A DNA stretch of 64,000 nucleotides. Source: Magallana gigas. Lineage: Eukaryota. The notes beneath the pieces are model-generated. The model was not told the origin of the DNA, did not search any database, and saw nothing but the letters and a program-made list of their open reading frames with translations. The DNA lies in the NCBI RefSeq assembly GCF_963853765.1, contig NC_088854.1:56420001-56484000 (forward strand), written 5' to 3'. Below, one piece after another: positions 25,136-42,350 of the stretch; position 1 is the first letter of the stretch; each line of letters opens with the position of its first letter. The translations under genes were made by a program, and so were the position numbers.

Positions 25136-26289
25136 CAAACAACAGCAGACCAGACCAGACAACTAGAAAATCCATTAATAAAGATATACAGCAAGCAAGA
25201 CAACAACAAAATTTAAGCAATACAAATTAAAAGATAAAGGATGTAACAATTGGCGAAATCAATAACAAAACAGAATAAACAACGAACTTATCTAACAAAA
25301 TACAAAACAACAGATATCAATTCTTCAATACATAAAATAAGTCTTTCTGTAAGCGAAGAGAGATGTTTGTCCACCATAGACCCCCCTCTCCCCCGTCTCA
25401 TTCAATAAAATATAAAATTTGACTTAAGAGGAATAATTATATCAACATGCAATATCAAAGAAAAACATCAAAATTAAGTTGACAGATTTCCCTATACTAA
25501 ACTTTCAGCATCTGGGATACATTTACATAAATCACAATAACAAATACAGATATTGATTTTTTGGCATTTATATTCATCAAATATTCACAAAAGCTGCCAT
25601 TTTAGATTTTTACAGTAGAGCTTCTTTGAAGATAATAAACATGATACACAAACTACAGTTTGATAAACAGTGTGGTGAAATTTTTTCATTGACGTTTTTT
25701 ATATCTTCATATAAAGACAAAGAATTTCAGTGAGATTTCACAGATGAGGTTCCTTATTGCAAGCAAATCAATGGTTTAAACATTGGCCCATATTTAAGAA
25801 CAAGCAGGATCTACATCACTTCCTGCCCAGGAACTGAATAATAACTTTCTAAAGTTTGCCCTACAGATACATCCTGTGTATTGATTTCTTACTCTCTGCT
25901 CCCTGATTACTGTCAGACCACCCCTCCCCCCCCCCCCCCCAATCCCTATCATCATGCTCTCTGATCCCATTTTCTCTGATGGCCAAACCACAACATTGAT
26001 CTCATGCTTAAGACAAAGTAACTTTTGACATGAATGAAGAATAAAAACAGCAATATTGTCATTACCGACCCTGTCTTTCAGGAAGCTTGGAAATTCATTT
26101 GGTCTTAGGAGACATGTTAAATAATGGTATCTTCGGAAACAAAAGTACTTTATTTCATAAGATGCAATTAACGGACCTAGACCATATATATCCTGTGATT
26201 GCAACACTAAAAATAGTCCTTGATAATTAATTCCCAAATGAAATGTAACCTTGTTTAAAAACTACTACAACTAGGGACTCTCTTGGACC

Positions 26290-27360
26290 AATAGAATCAA
26301 ACACTTCTACAGATGCAACAACCACCAAATAAACAAAGGTGGCATCATAACAAGTGAATCCAACAAAATGGTTACAAAACAACGAAATTGACAACACATG
26401 CATCTAACACTACAACAGATCACAATTAGCAACCCAACAAAACTGACAACAATCAAATTCAGCAGTAATATTAAAACAGATATCATATCATATGGTGAAT
26501 CCAATAACTACTAGCAAATCAAAGAATACAAGAGACATGACATCTAGTGAATCCAACAATACAACAAAATTGACAACAAGCAAATCCAGTACTACACCAG
26601 GTATCACAACTGTACTATCAATCCTACAATAAAACAGACTTGACAACAAGCACATTCGACACTACAACAGATATTACATTAACTGAATCCAACACTACAA
26701 TAGGTATCATACAACTAGCGATTACAACAACACAATAGAAGTCATACATAGTGAATCAAACACTACAACAGACATCACAAACACCACAACAGACATCACA
26801 AACACTACAACATCACAAACAAACAATACATCACTACAACATCACTCACAAACACTACAACATCACTCACAAACACTACAACATCACAAGCAAACACTAC
26901 AACATCACAAACAAACAATACATTACTACAACATCACTCACAATCACTACAACAGACATCACAAATGCTACAACATCACACACAAAAAATACATCACTTC
27001 AACATCACACACAAACACTACAACATCACACACAAACATTACAACAGATATAGTATATAGCAAATCCAACAATATCAGAGACATGACAATTAGCAAATCC
27101 AACATATGAAAGAATATGACTTGAACTTGCAAACAACATTACAACTGACATAGCAATGATTAAAATCCAACCCCAACAGATATCTCAGACAATACAACAT
27201 ACATCATAAACACTATAATGAATATGACAAGAAGCAAATCAAACAATATCAGAGACAAGACAACTAGAAAATCCCACATTACAATGACATGATAACTGGT
27301 GACTCCAACTCTAAAACAGACATAATAAACAGTAAACCCAACATTAAAACACACAATACA
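26290..27360 (+). repeat. A/C-rich degenerate repeat encoding Thr/Ser-rich (mucin-like) peptide in broken frames
   Basis: Recurrent AGTGAATCCAAC / AGCAAATCCAAC and ACTACAACAGACATCACA motifs (S[EK]SN..TTTDIT); frameshifts and stops throughout. Confidence 0.6.
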
Positions 27361-29658
27361 ACAAGGATAGCTAAACTATAACATATTTACCAAAAGGTGC
27401 CACAACAGACTGTATAATACAACAAATATTTTATCTTAAATAGAGATATTAAAGTTAAAAAAAACCCTAAAAAACACTTTAACTGACACAACATTGGACA
27501 ATACAAAAAAATGACATAAAGACAAAATAGAAAACACTTCAATTGACAACATGTGCTTCATTGGGCAGTATAATTAATTACAACAAAAAAGAAAATCATT
27601 TATTAAAATGAGAACAAACATTTACAAATGGAAAATACAACATGCATATCTTATAGCAGATTCAATATACAATAACAGAAGAAACAATTCATATAACATC
27701 AGCGTCTTCAACTTGATTGCATATTGCAAGTTCATATTCCGTTTAATTACCATCGAGTTCCTCTTATATTGAGATGTGCGTTTGTAAGATGTTATAATTT
27801 GTAATGCATCTATAGCCATTGGACAATGAAGGATCTTGATCATGCTAATGTCTACTGAGACAAATCATCTAAAGGACCTAGCTGTCTCTAGTTTAGGCCC
27901 TTTGTAATTCTGGTACACATAATATATATTACAGTCTTTGACCAGTTCAGGGTAAAGATTTGGCGGTGCTGTAAATGTTCCCGGATGTTATTTTGAGATA
28001 TAATTTTTACACCGATGTACACTATATCCTTGCTGAAGTTAATGCAAAATTACTGTATTTAAAAAATTTTTAAAAATGAAATTTTATTCTAACAATTAAA
28101 TTATGTGGGAAGCCATTTTACCAGATGGGAATAAGCTGATAAGTTTAGAATAGCACAGCTGAAACCAGTCAAATCAAATGCAGATAAAAAAGTAAGAACT
28201 AAGGTCTCTTTGATTTTATACCAGTATGTCGAGTCATAACATTGACAGGCCTTTGGAATCAAACCTACACAATGTATCGACTGGCCTCCCGAGATTCTAA
28301 ATCCAAAAGACTTGCTATCGGGGGCTCAAACCTGAGACATATTATTTAAAGGACCAATCTCCTGTGCTAGGTTCAAAACTAAAACACATCATCCAAAGAT
28401 TGAAGAACAATATCAGTATAATTATATATAAGTAGAGTAGTATATTGATATATACTATCCTTTCACTAACTGTCCTACCTTGAAAATATATCACAAATGC
28501 ATAATTATATAATATGTCTACATACAATTGTATATAGAATACAAATACATATGTTGGGTTGTATATAATGTGTTTGTATCAATAATAACACATTGCTTTG
28601 AGGGAGTGTGGACTTGCAAATAAATGTATAACAAGGGTATACCATACCCTTGCATATATGTATGACAACTTGATGTGTGTTATATCAAATGTACCTCCCA
28701 TTGTAACTTACTATGCTTACTTAACAGTACAATATTTATATATTTCATCCATTATTTTTTATAATCATGTTGTTTTATTGTTATAATGCATATGCCCCCG
28801 AGGGCCCTTGATTTGTTGCATATAAGCCCGCTGTAATGTCCACTTCTCTTAAAAAAGAGAATAATGTTCAAACCTGCACAAAGATATTTTTCAACAGCGT
28901 CAAGTGCATACCTATGACACATCATATAAAGGGCATGTATTGACAAAATCACCCCGAACTTATGTCACTCATTATATTCTTCCTACATAACACGGAACAG
29001 CTGATCATAATTCTACATTGACCAGTACCATGGCAGTGTGTGTATTTATAGCGTGAAACAGAAGGAAACTTCAGTCGTAACAGCCAAAGATAACCAATGA
29101 TAAATATTGCAACATCAAAAGTTATGTACTTACATATACGTATACTATACTGAAATCACCGACCTCAAATCCTACACTTTTCCGGAACGCAGTAGGTTTA
29201 TTTTTTAGTTGCACATCCGGGTAATTCTAATATGGAGGCGCCCATCGAATAGAATTTGTGTCAAAAGCAATAACAATGTACCGCCCCACCAACGTTTAGA
29301 GTTCTTTTTCGTACAAACTGGTGATACTGAGTTTTCAGGAGAAAGTCGTCAGCTATTGATTCAATGGTAGTAATATTGATTTTATTGATTTAGGCAACAG
29401 CTACTCAATTTGTAATGTTGTTAATTGTTTGGTGTTACCAGAGACATAAATAACATGTTATTTATGTCTCTGGTGTTACTTCAATTTTCACATACCAAGC
29501 TAGCCTTTTAACTCGTAATATGTTTTACGGTGCTACCGTTCTTGCGACCTTGCATCATTGTCAACTTATAGTGTTATTTAGGTATCAGCGAACGTCAAAG
29601 AATTTTTGAGAGAGTATTGCTCTACAATAAGTATGCCAAAGGTACTAATTTTAATGGC

Positions 29659-29870
29659 TATGATACATACAGCGCAACCCCATACCCAGAGAAAGAGAGA
29701 GAGAGAGAGAGAGAGAGTCCGGTACCTGTTTGTAGGTGTGCAATTTCCCTAATTTATTGGTTATGATACATACAGCGCAACCCCCTACCCAGAGAGAGAG
29801 AGAGAGAGAGAGAGGGGGAGAGAGAGAGAGAGAGAGAGCCCGGTACCTGTTTGTAGGTGTGTAATTTCCC
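29659..29870. repeat. Two-copy tandem duplication containing a (GA)n microsatellite
   Basis: TATGATACATACAGCGCAACCCC..TACCCAG(AG)nCCGGTACCTGTTTGTAGGTGTG occurs twice. Confidence 0.9.
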
Positions 29871-32003
29871 ACTTTTAAATTTAATGGTCTGACTATATGC
29901 AATATCTACATAATTTTTTACCTGTTTATTTTTTTCATTTTATTCCTTTTTATTTAGTTCAAAATGTCCTATTGTTTATTTCCTCCCTACTCATATACTT
30001 ATTACCTGCCTACTGTACATGCATGCACAATTAGTTTAAAAATGGATCGATATGACAGTAAAGTATGGCTCTTGCTAGTATATATATATAAAATCTCTAT
30101 ATTAAAAAAAGATTAAAAACAAATCATATGTCAATGAGGCAGGTATCGCAGTCTATATACTGAAATAGCCAGTACACTCATTACAGATGTTTGATCCACC
30201 TCTAAATTTATATAGCGCGAGTGCACTGTGACGTCATCCATGACTTTGTTCGTCTTTGTTTACGTTTCTCGACTCAATACGGATGTATGGAAGCATGTAA
30301 CAAATCTTTTGAGTCTCGCCAAAGCATATGCAGTATTCAAAACGTGTCTTCAAACTTTAAGTCACCGTAAATTACGAGTTAAAAGTCGGCCATTTTTGGC
30401 ATAGCACCACGGGTGAAAACATTAGAGAGCATTATGGGACGTAGACAAAAAATTTTGTTTGATGAACTGTAGGTTTAGCTCGTTCTTTTTCCCGCGCACA
30501 CTGGTTCTTAGAGCTCGCTTTGCTAGCCGGCGCTGCGCGCCGGCGAGCTGCGCTCGCTATTAATGCTCAGTGGTAGTTTGTTAAGTGTAAAAGCCTAGGA
30601 AGGGCCATTGGAATAAAAGTTTGATAACTTCGGGTTCCTTGCGGTGGTAAAAGTTTTCGAGACAAAGCCAAAGTTTTTTGGTTAGGGCAAGTCCACGGGT
30701 TGCATTTAACAATGATGACAGATGTGTGGTTCCTTCTGCGCTCGCCCCAACGGTCACACCGTAAAACATATTAGTGAATAAAATATTTGTGAGCATTCAT
30801 CCAAATAAGTGCAATTTACAACTGTTTCCTGTATCTGAAGAAATGTCCTTATTCGTCAGCTGTTCTTTATCTTAGCCTTTGCAAGATTTTGAGAGGATTT
30901 TGGTCATTTCAGCAGATTTACAATAACTTCAATTAGAGTAATTTCCCCTTATCAGTGCTTATTGTGACGTCAAAGCTGACGTTGGTTAAGTGTCGTCTTA
31001 CTCTTTAAAATTCCCTTGAGAAATAAAAGTATGCGAAGTATACTGTTTTATTTACTTAAAAAGCATGATGTTCTTAAAATTACACATCTTATAAGCTTTT
31101 CAAAGGTTTTACTTTGATTCTCGGGAGAACGTGATGTTGGAACGTGAGGTTGGAAACCATTGGTACTATGAATTGTGGGTCAAAATTTACTGACTCCGAA
31201 AAAATATATCGGATCAATGTGTAAACGTTTGTGACGTCGCACGATTATTTTTGATTGAAAGTGTACTGAGGTGAACTTTAGAGGTAACATTGACTGTATG
31301 TCGCTTACATCGTTATTGTTTTTACTGTCTAAATTTGTCTTGCTGATTCTCGTGAGAGTGTGAAGTGATAAAAATTGCCATGATTACAGGGAACTACTGG
31401 GACGATTAAAACGATGCATTACTGGTCCGATTTACTGACGCCAAAAAAATCCGTTGAATGAATGTGCAAATAGTCCGAATTTTCTATTCACACACGCCTT
31501 GCCGGTAGAGCTCGCTTCGCTCTTAAAAAGCATTATTTTTCCCATCCTTAATATTTTGTTGTGATTCTTAGTTGGGATAATTCCTTTATTTTTACTAGGC
31601 CAGGCAAAATTTTGCGTCAAGGACTTTAATAATAGTACTTAGAATGCTCAGTAAAAACGCTCTACAGAGTACCGACCGATCTAAAGGGTTAACCCACTAG
31701 CTAGTGCAAGTACAATAATGACAGCATACACGTACACTATCTAAATTATGTTAAAATTTCATTCGTTAATTTCTTCTTCCTTTAATCTACATTCAATTGT
31801 CTGTTAACAATTGTCTGCTACATTAAGATTTACCAGAGTTACTCCAGTTGATTTAATGTTTTTGCTCATAGCTGAAAACCTATATTCAAAACACCTTGTT
31901 TGTAAGGTCTTCAAATACCCTTTAGCATAGAATAGAGTTGCACTTATCATTTTATTTAATATTTGAGGTACTCTGTTACTGTAATATTATATTAATATTC
32001 TAG

Positions 32004-34811
<2,808 letters not shown>

Positions 34812-35974
34812 GAATGGTCACTGATATTCAGGGTCAGCTAGGAGCACTTTCTGTGATACTGCTGTCAGTCTAGTCAGCAAGCGTACAAAGGATCGAGATG
34901 GTTGTCAGGGGGATAGACTTAAAAAAAAAACATCCTGCCTTTTGTAATGAATGATGGGAAGGAACTGAAGAAAAGAGTAATAGAATGGATGAATAAAATT
35001 TGCATGCAGTCTGATGTATAGGTAGCTTCATTTTGTGTTTGTTAAAGACTATCCTCTTGCCAACCTACTGCAAGAACAGCATGTTTTGTAGTCCCAGTTG
35101 TTTTTTTCAGAAATGTGTTAGAGTTACTTACCTTGAATGATCTACATTTCACTGTTTAAGGAAATGAACAAAATGGATACTAAGTAATTATGAAATGTTA
35201 TATACTTGAGCCAGCAGTAATGTTAATCTATAGGCACAATATGGTTACAATGTAATTTCCAAGTCTCATCCTCATCCAAATCATGTAACAAAGGAACTCA
35301 GCATACCTTATCGTCTACATACAACTGCAGTACTCAGCTTGCTCTTGTAGCACTTTATTTAGTGTCGGGACAAAAAATAGCTTTTGATATTGTTGTATAA
35401 ATTCAAGTTAAAAATGTTATTATTGATCTATTTTAAACATATGCAAGTAGTTTAACATTAATTATCACATGTCCATTTTGATGTTATGTTATTTTGTTCT
35501 TTATGTGTTATAGCAAATATTAATAAATGTTATAATCAAATATATGTTCATGTTCTGTCGTAATTGTATAGATGAAGGGTATGGCTCATGCAAACTGTTT
35601 TCTACATGTAAATCTTTCAGTAATAATAATTCCATGCATTTCCTTTTTTGGAACCCTTGCTTTCACTTTGGATATACGTAAAACAATTATGCTGACATTT
35701 GGAAGTTTAACTTTTGGTACCCTTTTTCAAGTCCAATTTGGCAAAATTTTACTTCAGAGTATTCATTAAAATAGAAAATAAGGAAATAATATATTAGGAA
35801 TAATTCCACAGTATTCGACAAGGGGATAATTCATAAAAAAAAAAAAGAAGAACAAATGTAGTTGATGTAAACATGAATTTATACAAATGGTATCGTACAA
35901 TAAAAATGTATTTACAAAATATGATCAATCTGTACATAAAAATGTGATGTCATTATATATATAGAACAAAACAA

Positions 35975-37613
<1,639 letters not shown>

Positions 37614-40600
37614 ATTGCCGCTATTTGTTGTCAAGAGAAACCAGATAATAATGGAACTTAAACGATCGGAGAAAAAAATTCCGGCTTGTAAAAAAATGGC
37701 ATTCGTTGCCTTGCGTTTATATTTGAGTTTGCACAAATATATAGGCTACTTTGAAGAAGTGGGACGATTCTGACTATAATAACATGATAACACAATTTTG
37801 ATGAATTATTTGTTGTAGGCGAAAATTTCCGAAGGTTAAATGGAAAAAAAAAATATCGACGAGGTGCATTAGCACTTGGGAAAAAAAAAGTAAATACATG
37901 TATGTTAAACTATGCGCTGTATATTCCCAAATGGGCATAAGAGTTCGATTGAATAATACCAAGATTATAAAAGCTTAATTTTAGTCTGATTTATCTATTT
38001 ATATCAAGTAGACAATTCAGCACCTTTCTAAAAGTTATTTCAGTGAGGAAAAGACAGTTACCAAAACTGTGGCTAATATTTCACAAGAATCCCTCAGAGA
38101 TTATTATAAAAATTTGTACCAACTGATGCTTTAAAACTCAACTCATTGAAAAAGTTTTAAAACTTTGATTCCGATTCATTTTCATGCGAATCTTAAACCG
38201 TAAAAAATAAAATTTCTTGCTGCAACCCTTCTTTTGAAGTTATATTTTTTTTACCAATTTATTTATAAGTAACATGTAATGATAACTGATTAACATGATT
38301 TGTTTTATATCGGCAAATGGCATGTACAGTTTATACACCTATAATTATGTAGGTTTTTTTTTCTTTATGCATCAAAGTGAATTTCAACAATGATTATATA
38401 GTTCTCAATGTATTTTATGATAAAATCTATCTCCAGAGGATTTTTTCCAAGTTGAATATTTGGCTGTCACGGTATTACACAATGCATTACAGACGTTGTA
38501 ATTATCGTAAAAATACATTTTTAATGCAAATAAAAAGTTACTTCTTATTCTTAACAGTTTTTGTGCAAACGGTACTATCCATGCGCACGTATATATGGGA
38601 GTTCTTAAAGATGTATTTGTGCTTTTGCCAACCCTCAAATATGGATACACATTATACTCATGCATATAAAATAAACTTTAAAAACTTGTCAATTAATTGA
38701 ATCAGCAAAAAGTAATCAAATGTGATAGCGATCTCCTATCCATTATCTTAAAATTGAAAATAAAGTTTAATTAGTACATGTATTTTTAAGTTTTGAGTTC
38801 GTTGTAACTTTGACAGCAATTGTCGGTGTGTTTTAATTGACAGCTATTTGTGAGATCTGCGTCCCCAGTACACTATGTTTTACTATGTCTCTCACTTCCA
38901 CCGAATATCTGTTGCATATTTATAGAACAAATCAGCTTGCCCTGTATACGCTCTGTGATCTCCGGGGCCCGGTTTCTTGGCGGATATTGAATCTAGACGC
39001 GTTTGTCGAAATCAAATAAGTTTGTGATTACATTTTCCAGAACAGGCGGACTCAACTACATGCTAAGTCAGCATGTACGGGATCTCTAGACAGCGGAATA
39101 TTGATGTTAGGCAGACAGGGGTACTCACAAGCATTGCCAAGAGAAAGGCCAACACTCACGCCAATGCGGGCCCCCGAATAACAAGTTTTGGCCATTATCT
39201 GTGCGAGGTGCACAGTGTGCAGATCGATCCAATGGCCAAGAAAATGCAATGGGATCATCTCCTGTGAAAACTTATTAATACTGAATATCAAAGCCCTCTG
39301 TAAGTCTATTAATGTCCTACAGCGAGGATCCGGCTATGTTCCATATCGTAAAGGCCTGGGAACGTCCCAAGTAAGGGATATATCAGTTCCGTCTGGCAGT
39401 TCTAATATGTTCTCATAAACAGTTGATATGTAGCTAGATGATTAAGAATTATTGAGAGCAATTTTGTTAATACACATTCTTTTAATTCGAATTTGAAGTT
39501 TCAGTTTTTAAAGTTCTGCTCAGGGGATTCGTGTTTTCAATATTTTGAGGTAAAATATTTGCAAAATCTTGGACTGAAAAAACATGTACCAGAAAATTCA
39601 ATTAAATTAGATCTAATTTGGTTATGGATTCGCCATGTTTTGTATTACGTAATAAACTCCCAAGAGAATTCGTTTCTGGTTAATTAGGTTTCTGAAAGAC
39701 GAAAAAAGTCTACACTTTTTACCATCAGCATTGTATAATGCTGTTCCTCGGAAAGTTGCATTGTCGGACTTCAAAAGACGTCAAAAAGTAGATGATGAAG
39801 AGAATACTATCAACTATTACGATAGGGACTATGGGCTTTTGCTATCAATCTCGAATAGAGATTGTATAATTTTTGCTGTCATTTTATTTTCCGACTTCAA
39901 AGAAGACTACGGATTGGGTGATGATTGTCCATTTCCTCTTTTTTTTTAACCTTTGACAAAAGGTGCCATAAACACACTTTGGATGAATAGAAACCATTTT
40001 CAGTTAAAATATTTAACATATCTTGCACCGAACAGTGTTAACCAAATTCGCCAGAGATGAAGAGTAGAAGTCAGATTAAGCGACTATTGGAATTGCTGAT
40101 TGTGATATAAATCTCGCTTGAATTCTGGCTAGACTTTTTATCAGTTCAGTTTATTGGTATTATTACATAACACTTATTTTTCTAAATCCCACGCAAGCTC
40201 ATTTAAGAAATACAATGTTACAAGGCCCAATATGAACCTGAGAGAAATAAGCAAGTATTCGTTTTGGGGCAAAATCGATTTAACAGACCATTCTGTAAGA
40301 GCCACAGAAATGTATCACTGGCAACCAAAATTTTGAATGTGTTTTATGTGATCTTAAAGGAAAAAGATGATATTTTGATGTTTGAATAAAAATAAGGAGA
40401 ATTGTCTTATTAATTGTAAATAAAATAAAAACATTTTTATGATAAAAACAAATAATACTTTTATCTAAAAATAAAACAAAATATTATCTGGGATGAAGGT
40501 ATGTTGATACTGAAACACAGATATTTGAGTGGTCAGTGTAAAAGAGGGATTTCCACAGTGTCCAGGTGAATCAGAGTAAAGTTGAGTCATATAATTAAGA

Positions 40601-40639
40601 TATATGTGTATGAATACAAAACCGTGTCAAAGTTCTATA

Positions 40640-41150
40640 AAAACAATGGAATAGACGCGGTGGGTGTCGCTGACTGGGTCATTTTTCACCACACCCTAAT
40701 AATATTAAGCCGTCTCGTCACTCTGCTGTAGGGGGTGAGATTTACTGTACTTATCATAGGACTGACCGACAAGATTAGGGGAAACCAATCACTTCTTTCG
40801 CACTCTTCAAGCATTGCGGACTTTGCTGCAAATCGTGGTGTTGGTTTTTTAACAACTTTAAAAAAGTACAAAATTACTGCATATTCAGCACAAAGTATTT
40901 GAAGTAAATTAAAGAAAGTTTATCTTCTCCAGAAGCTTCTGAGAAGATGGATCACTCTGGCTAGCGCCCTGAGCCATCTGACCTTGGAAAACAAGGGTTG
41001 ATGGGTGTTGACCATTTTTCACCATCTGTGGGAGCCCGGGGCTGCGTCATGCTTGCTGTCGTTTTGATGACATCACTCGAGTTAAGCGTTTCGCGGACCT
41101 GTTTTTGGCGAGATGATTAACGACATTAGGGGCTCTGGCATCTAGCTGTA
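40640..41150 (-). mobile_element. Degenerate BEL/Pao LTR-retrotransposon pol fragment
   Basis: Broken frames give GSHR.., EKWST, LRALARVIHLLRSF, ILSVSP...RVTRRLN and an EKxPV-like motif, in the order of the BEL/Pao region between RNase H and integrase as recalled (LGSHRF..FS.W..L.RA.ARL; ILSLSP..D..G.LRVGGRL; EKNP.I). Confidence 0.5.
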
Positions 41151-42059
41151 TAGAAGTACATGTTCTGACAAATACTTCCCTGGAATACACACTTATACAT
41201 ATACATTACATTGCCAATGTACATATAAGCGAAAGGAAAACAAGAAATAACGCTAAAAAAGATACCTGTACAAAATACCCCTCTATATAATTAACGAGAA
41301 ATATACGGACATTCTCCTGTCTTATCAGGATTTTGCCGTATGGATAGGAGTTCTTGCCTTGGGAAATTTGGTATCAAAGGCTTTCAGGGTCTGTGGGGGC
41401 TTTGTCATTCGTTTTAATAAAATGATAATGGCATATATCACTTGTAATAGCTTTAAAATGTCACTGTCATAATAAAAGTTGTCCAAAAAGTGAAGGGAGT
41501 TATTGGTAATCCGGGAACCGAAATGATCCACGGTTGGTTTATCGGGTCTCTAACCCTAACATAGACTTTAAGTATTTCAACAGCTGTTAAGAGAATGGCT
41601 GGCCAGTATGAACTTTTAAAATTTTCACATTATTATTATGAACTTTTAAATTTTTTACCTTTATATTATTATAGATAGAATAAAAAAGATTGATTTAATT
41701 GTTTTTTCTAGAGTAGTAATGAATAATATTACTAGTGGTAAATTGCGTTCAAAACATAGACAAAATAATGAATTAATAATTCTATAAAATAAATAAATAG
41801 TAATATACTCCCCTCCTGGGTGTTTTAAATAACATGCTGAGAGAAATATTTCCGATTCATAAGGATAGACGTTATACAGTTTTAGCACGAGAAGCAGCTA
41901 GAAGGAGCAAGCTGAAAAAAGAGAGATGATATGACCATAAATAATAAATCAGTGTTTTGGAAGAAATGTGGAAAATTCATTTGGTTCTGACACGATTGGC
42001 GTATAAACTGTGTCAGAGCAGAGAGTTATTTCTGGAGCGCTTCCATTAAGTGTTGCTGG

Positions 42060-42350
42060 ATATGATAGAGTGGGATAGGATAAAATATGATAGAATAAGA
42101 TATGATAGGAGAGGATAGGGTAAAATATGATAGAATAGGATATGATAGGAGAGGATAGGGTAAAATATGATAGAATAAGATATGGTATATAGGAGAGGAT
42201 AGGGTAAAATATGATAGAATAGGATATGATAGGAGAGGATAGGGTAAAATATGATAGAATATAGGATATGATAGGAGAGGATAGGGTAAAATATGATAGA
42301 ATAGGATATGACAGGAGGGGATAGGGTAAAATATAATAGAGTAGGAGAGG
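42060..42350. repeat. 40-bp purine-rich minisatellite, about 7 copies
   Basis: Unit TAGAATAGGATATGATAGGAGAGGATAGGGTAAAATATGA. Confidence 0.93.

Noticed and set aside
30085-31530. Segments ending in GCTCGCT...GCTGCGCTCGCT and GAGCTCGCTTCGCTC as defined transposons
   Set aside because: They resemble repeat termini, but boundaries and family could not be established by eye.
29170-32003. Location of the RABGGTB first (ATG-only) exon and promoter
   Set aside because: Candidates such as ATG|GT at ~29364 and ~29884, and CCGGA motifs near 29180-29220, are too weak to choose between.
39731-39949. ORF containing DYGLGDDCPFP, reminiscent of the HDAC8 YGLGYDCP loop
   Set aside because: No other deacetylase exons or motifs nearby and no clean splice sites; probably chance.
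42060-42350. Tandem arrays (also 33615-33787) as CRISPR-like repeats
   Set aside because: Head-to-tail units without unique spacers, in a eukaryotic context, with no cas genes.
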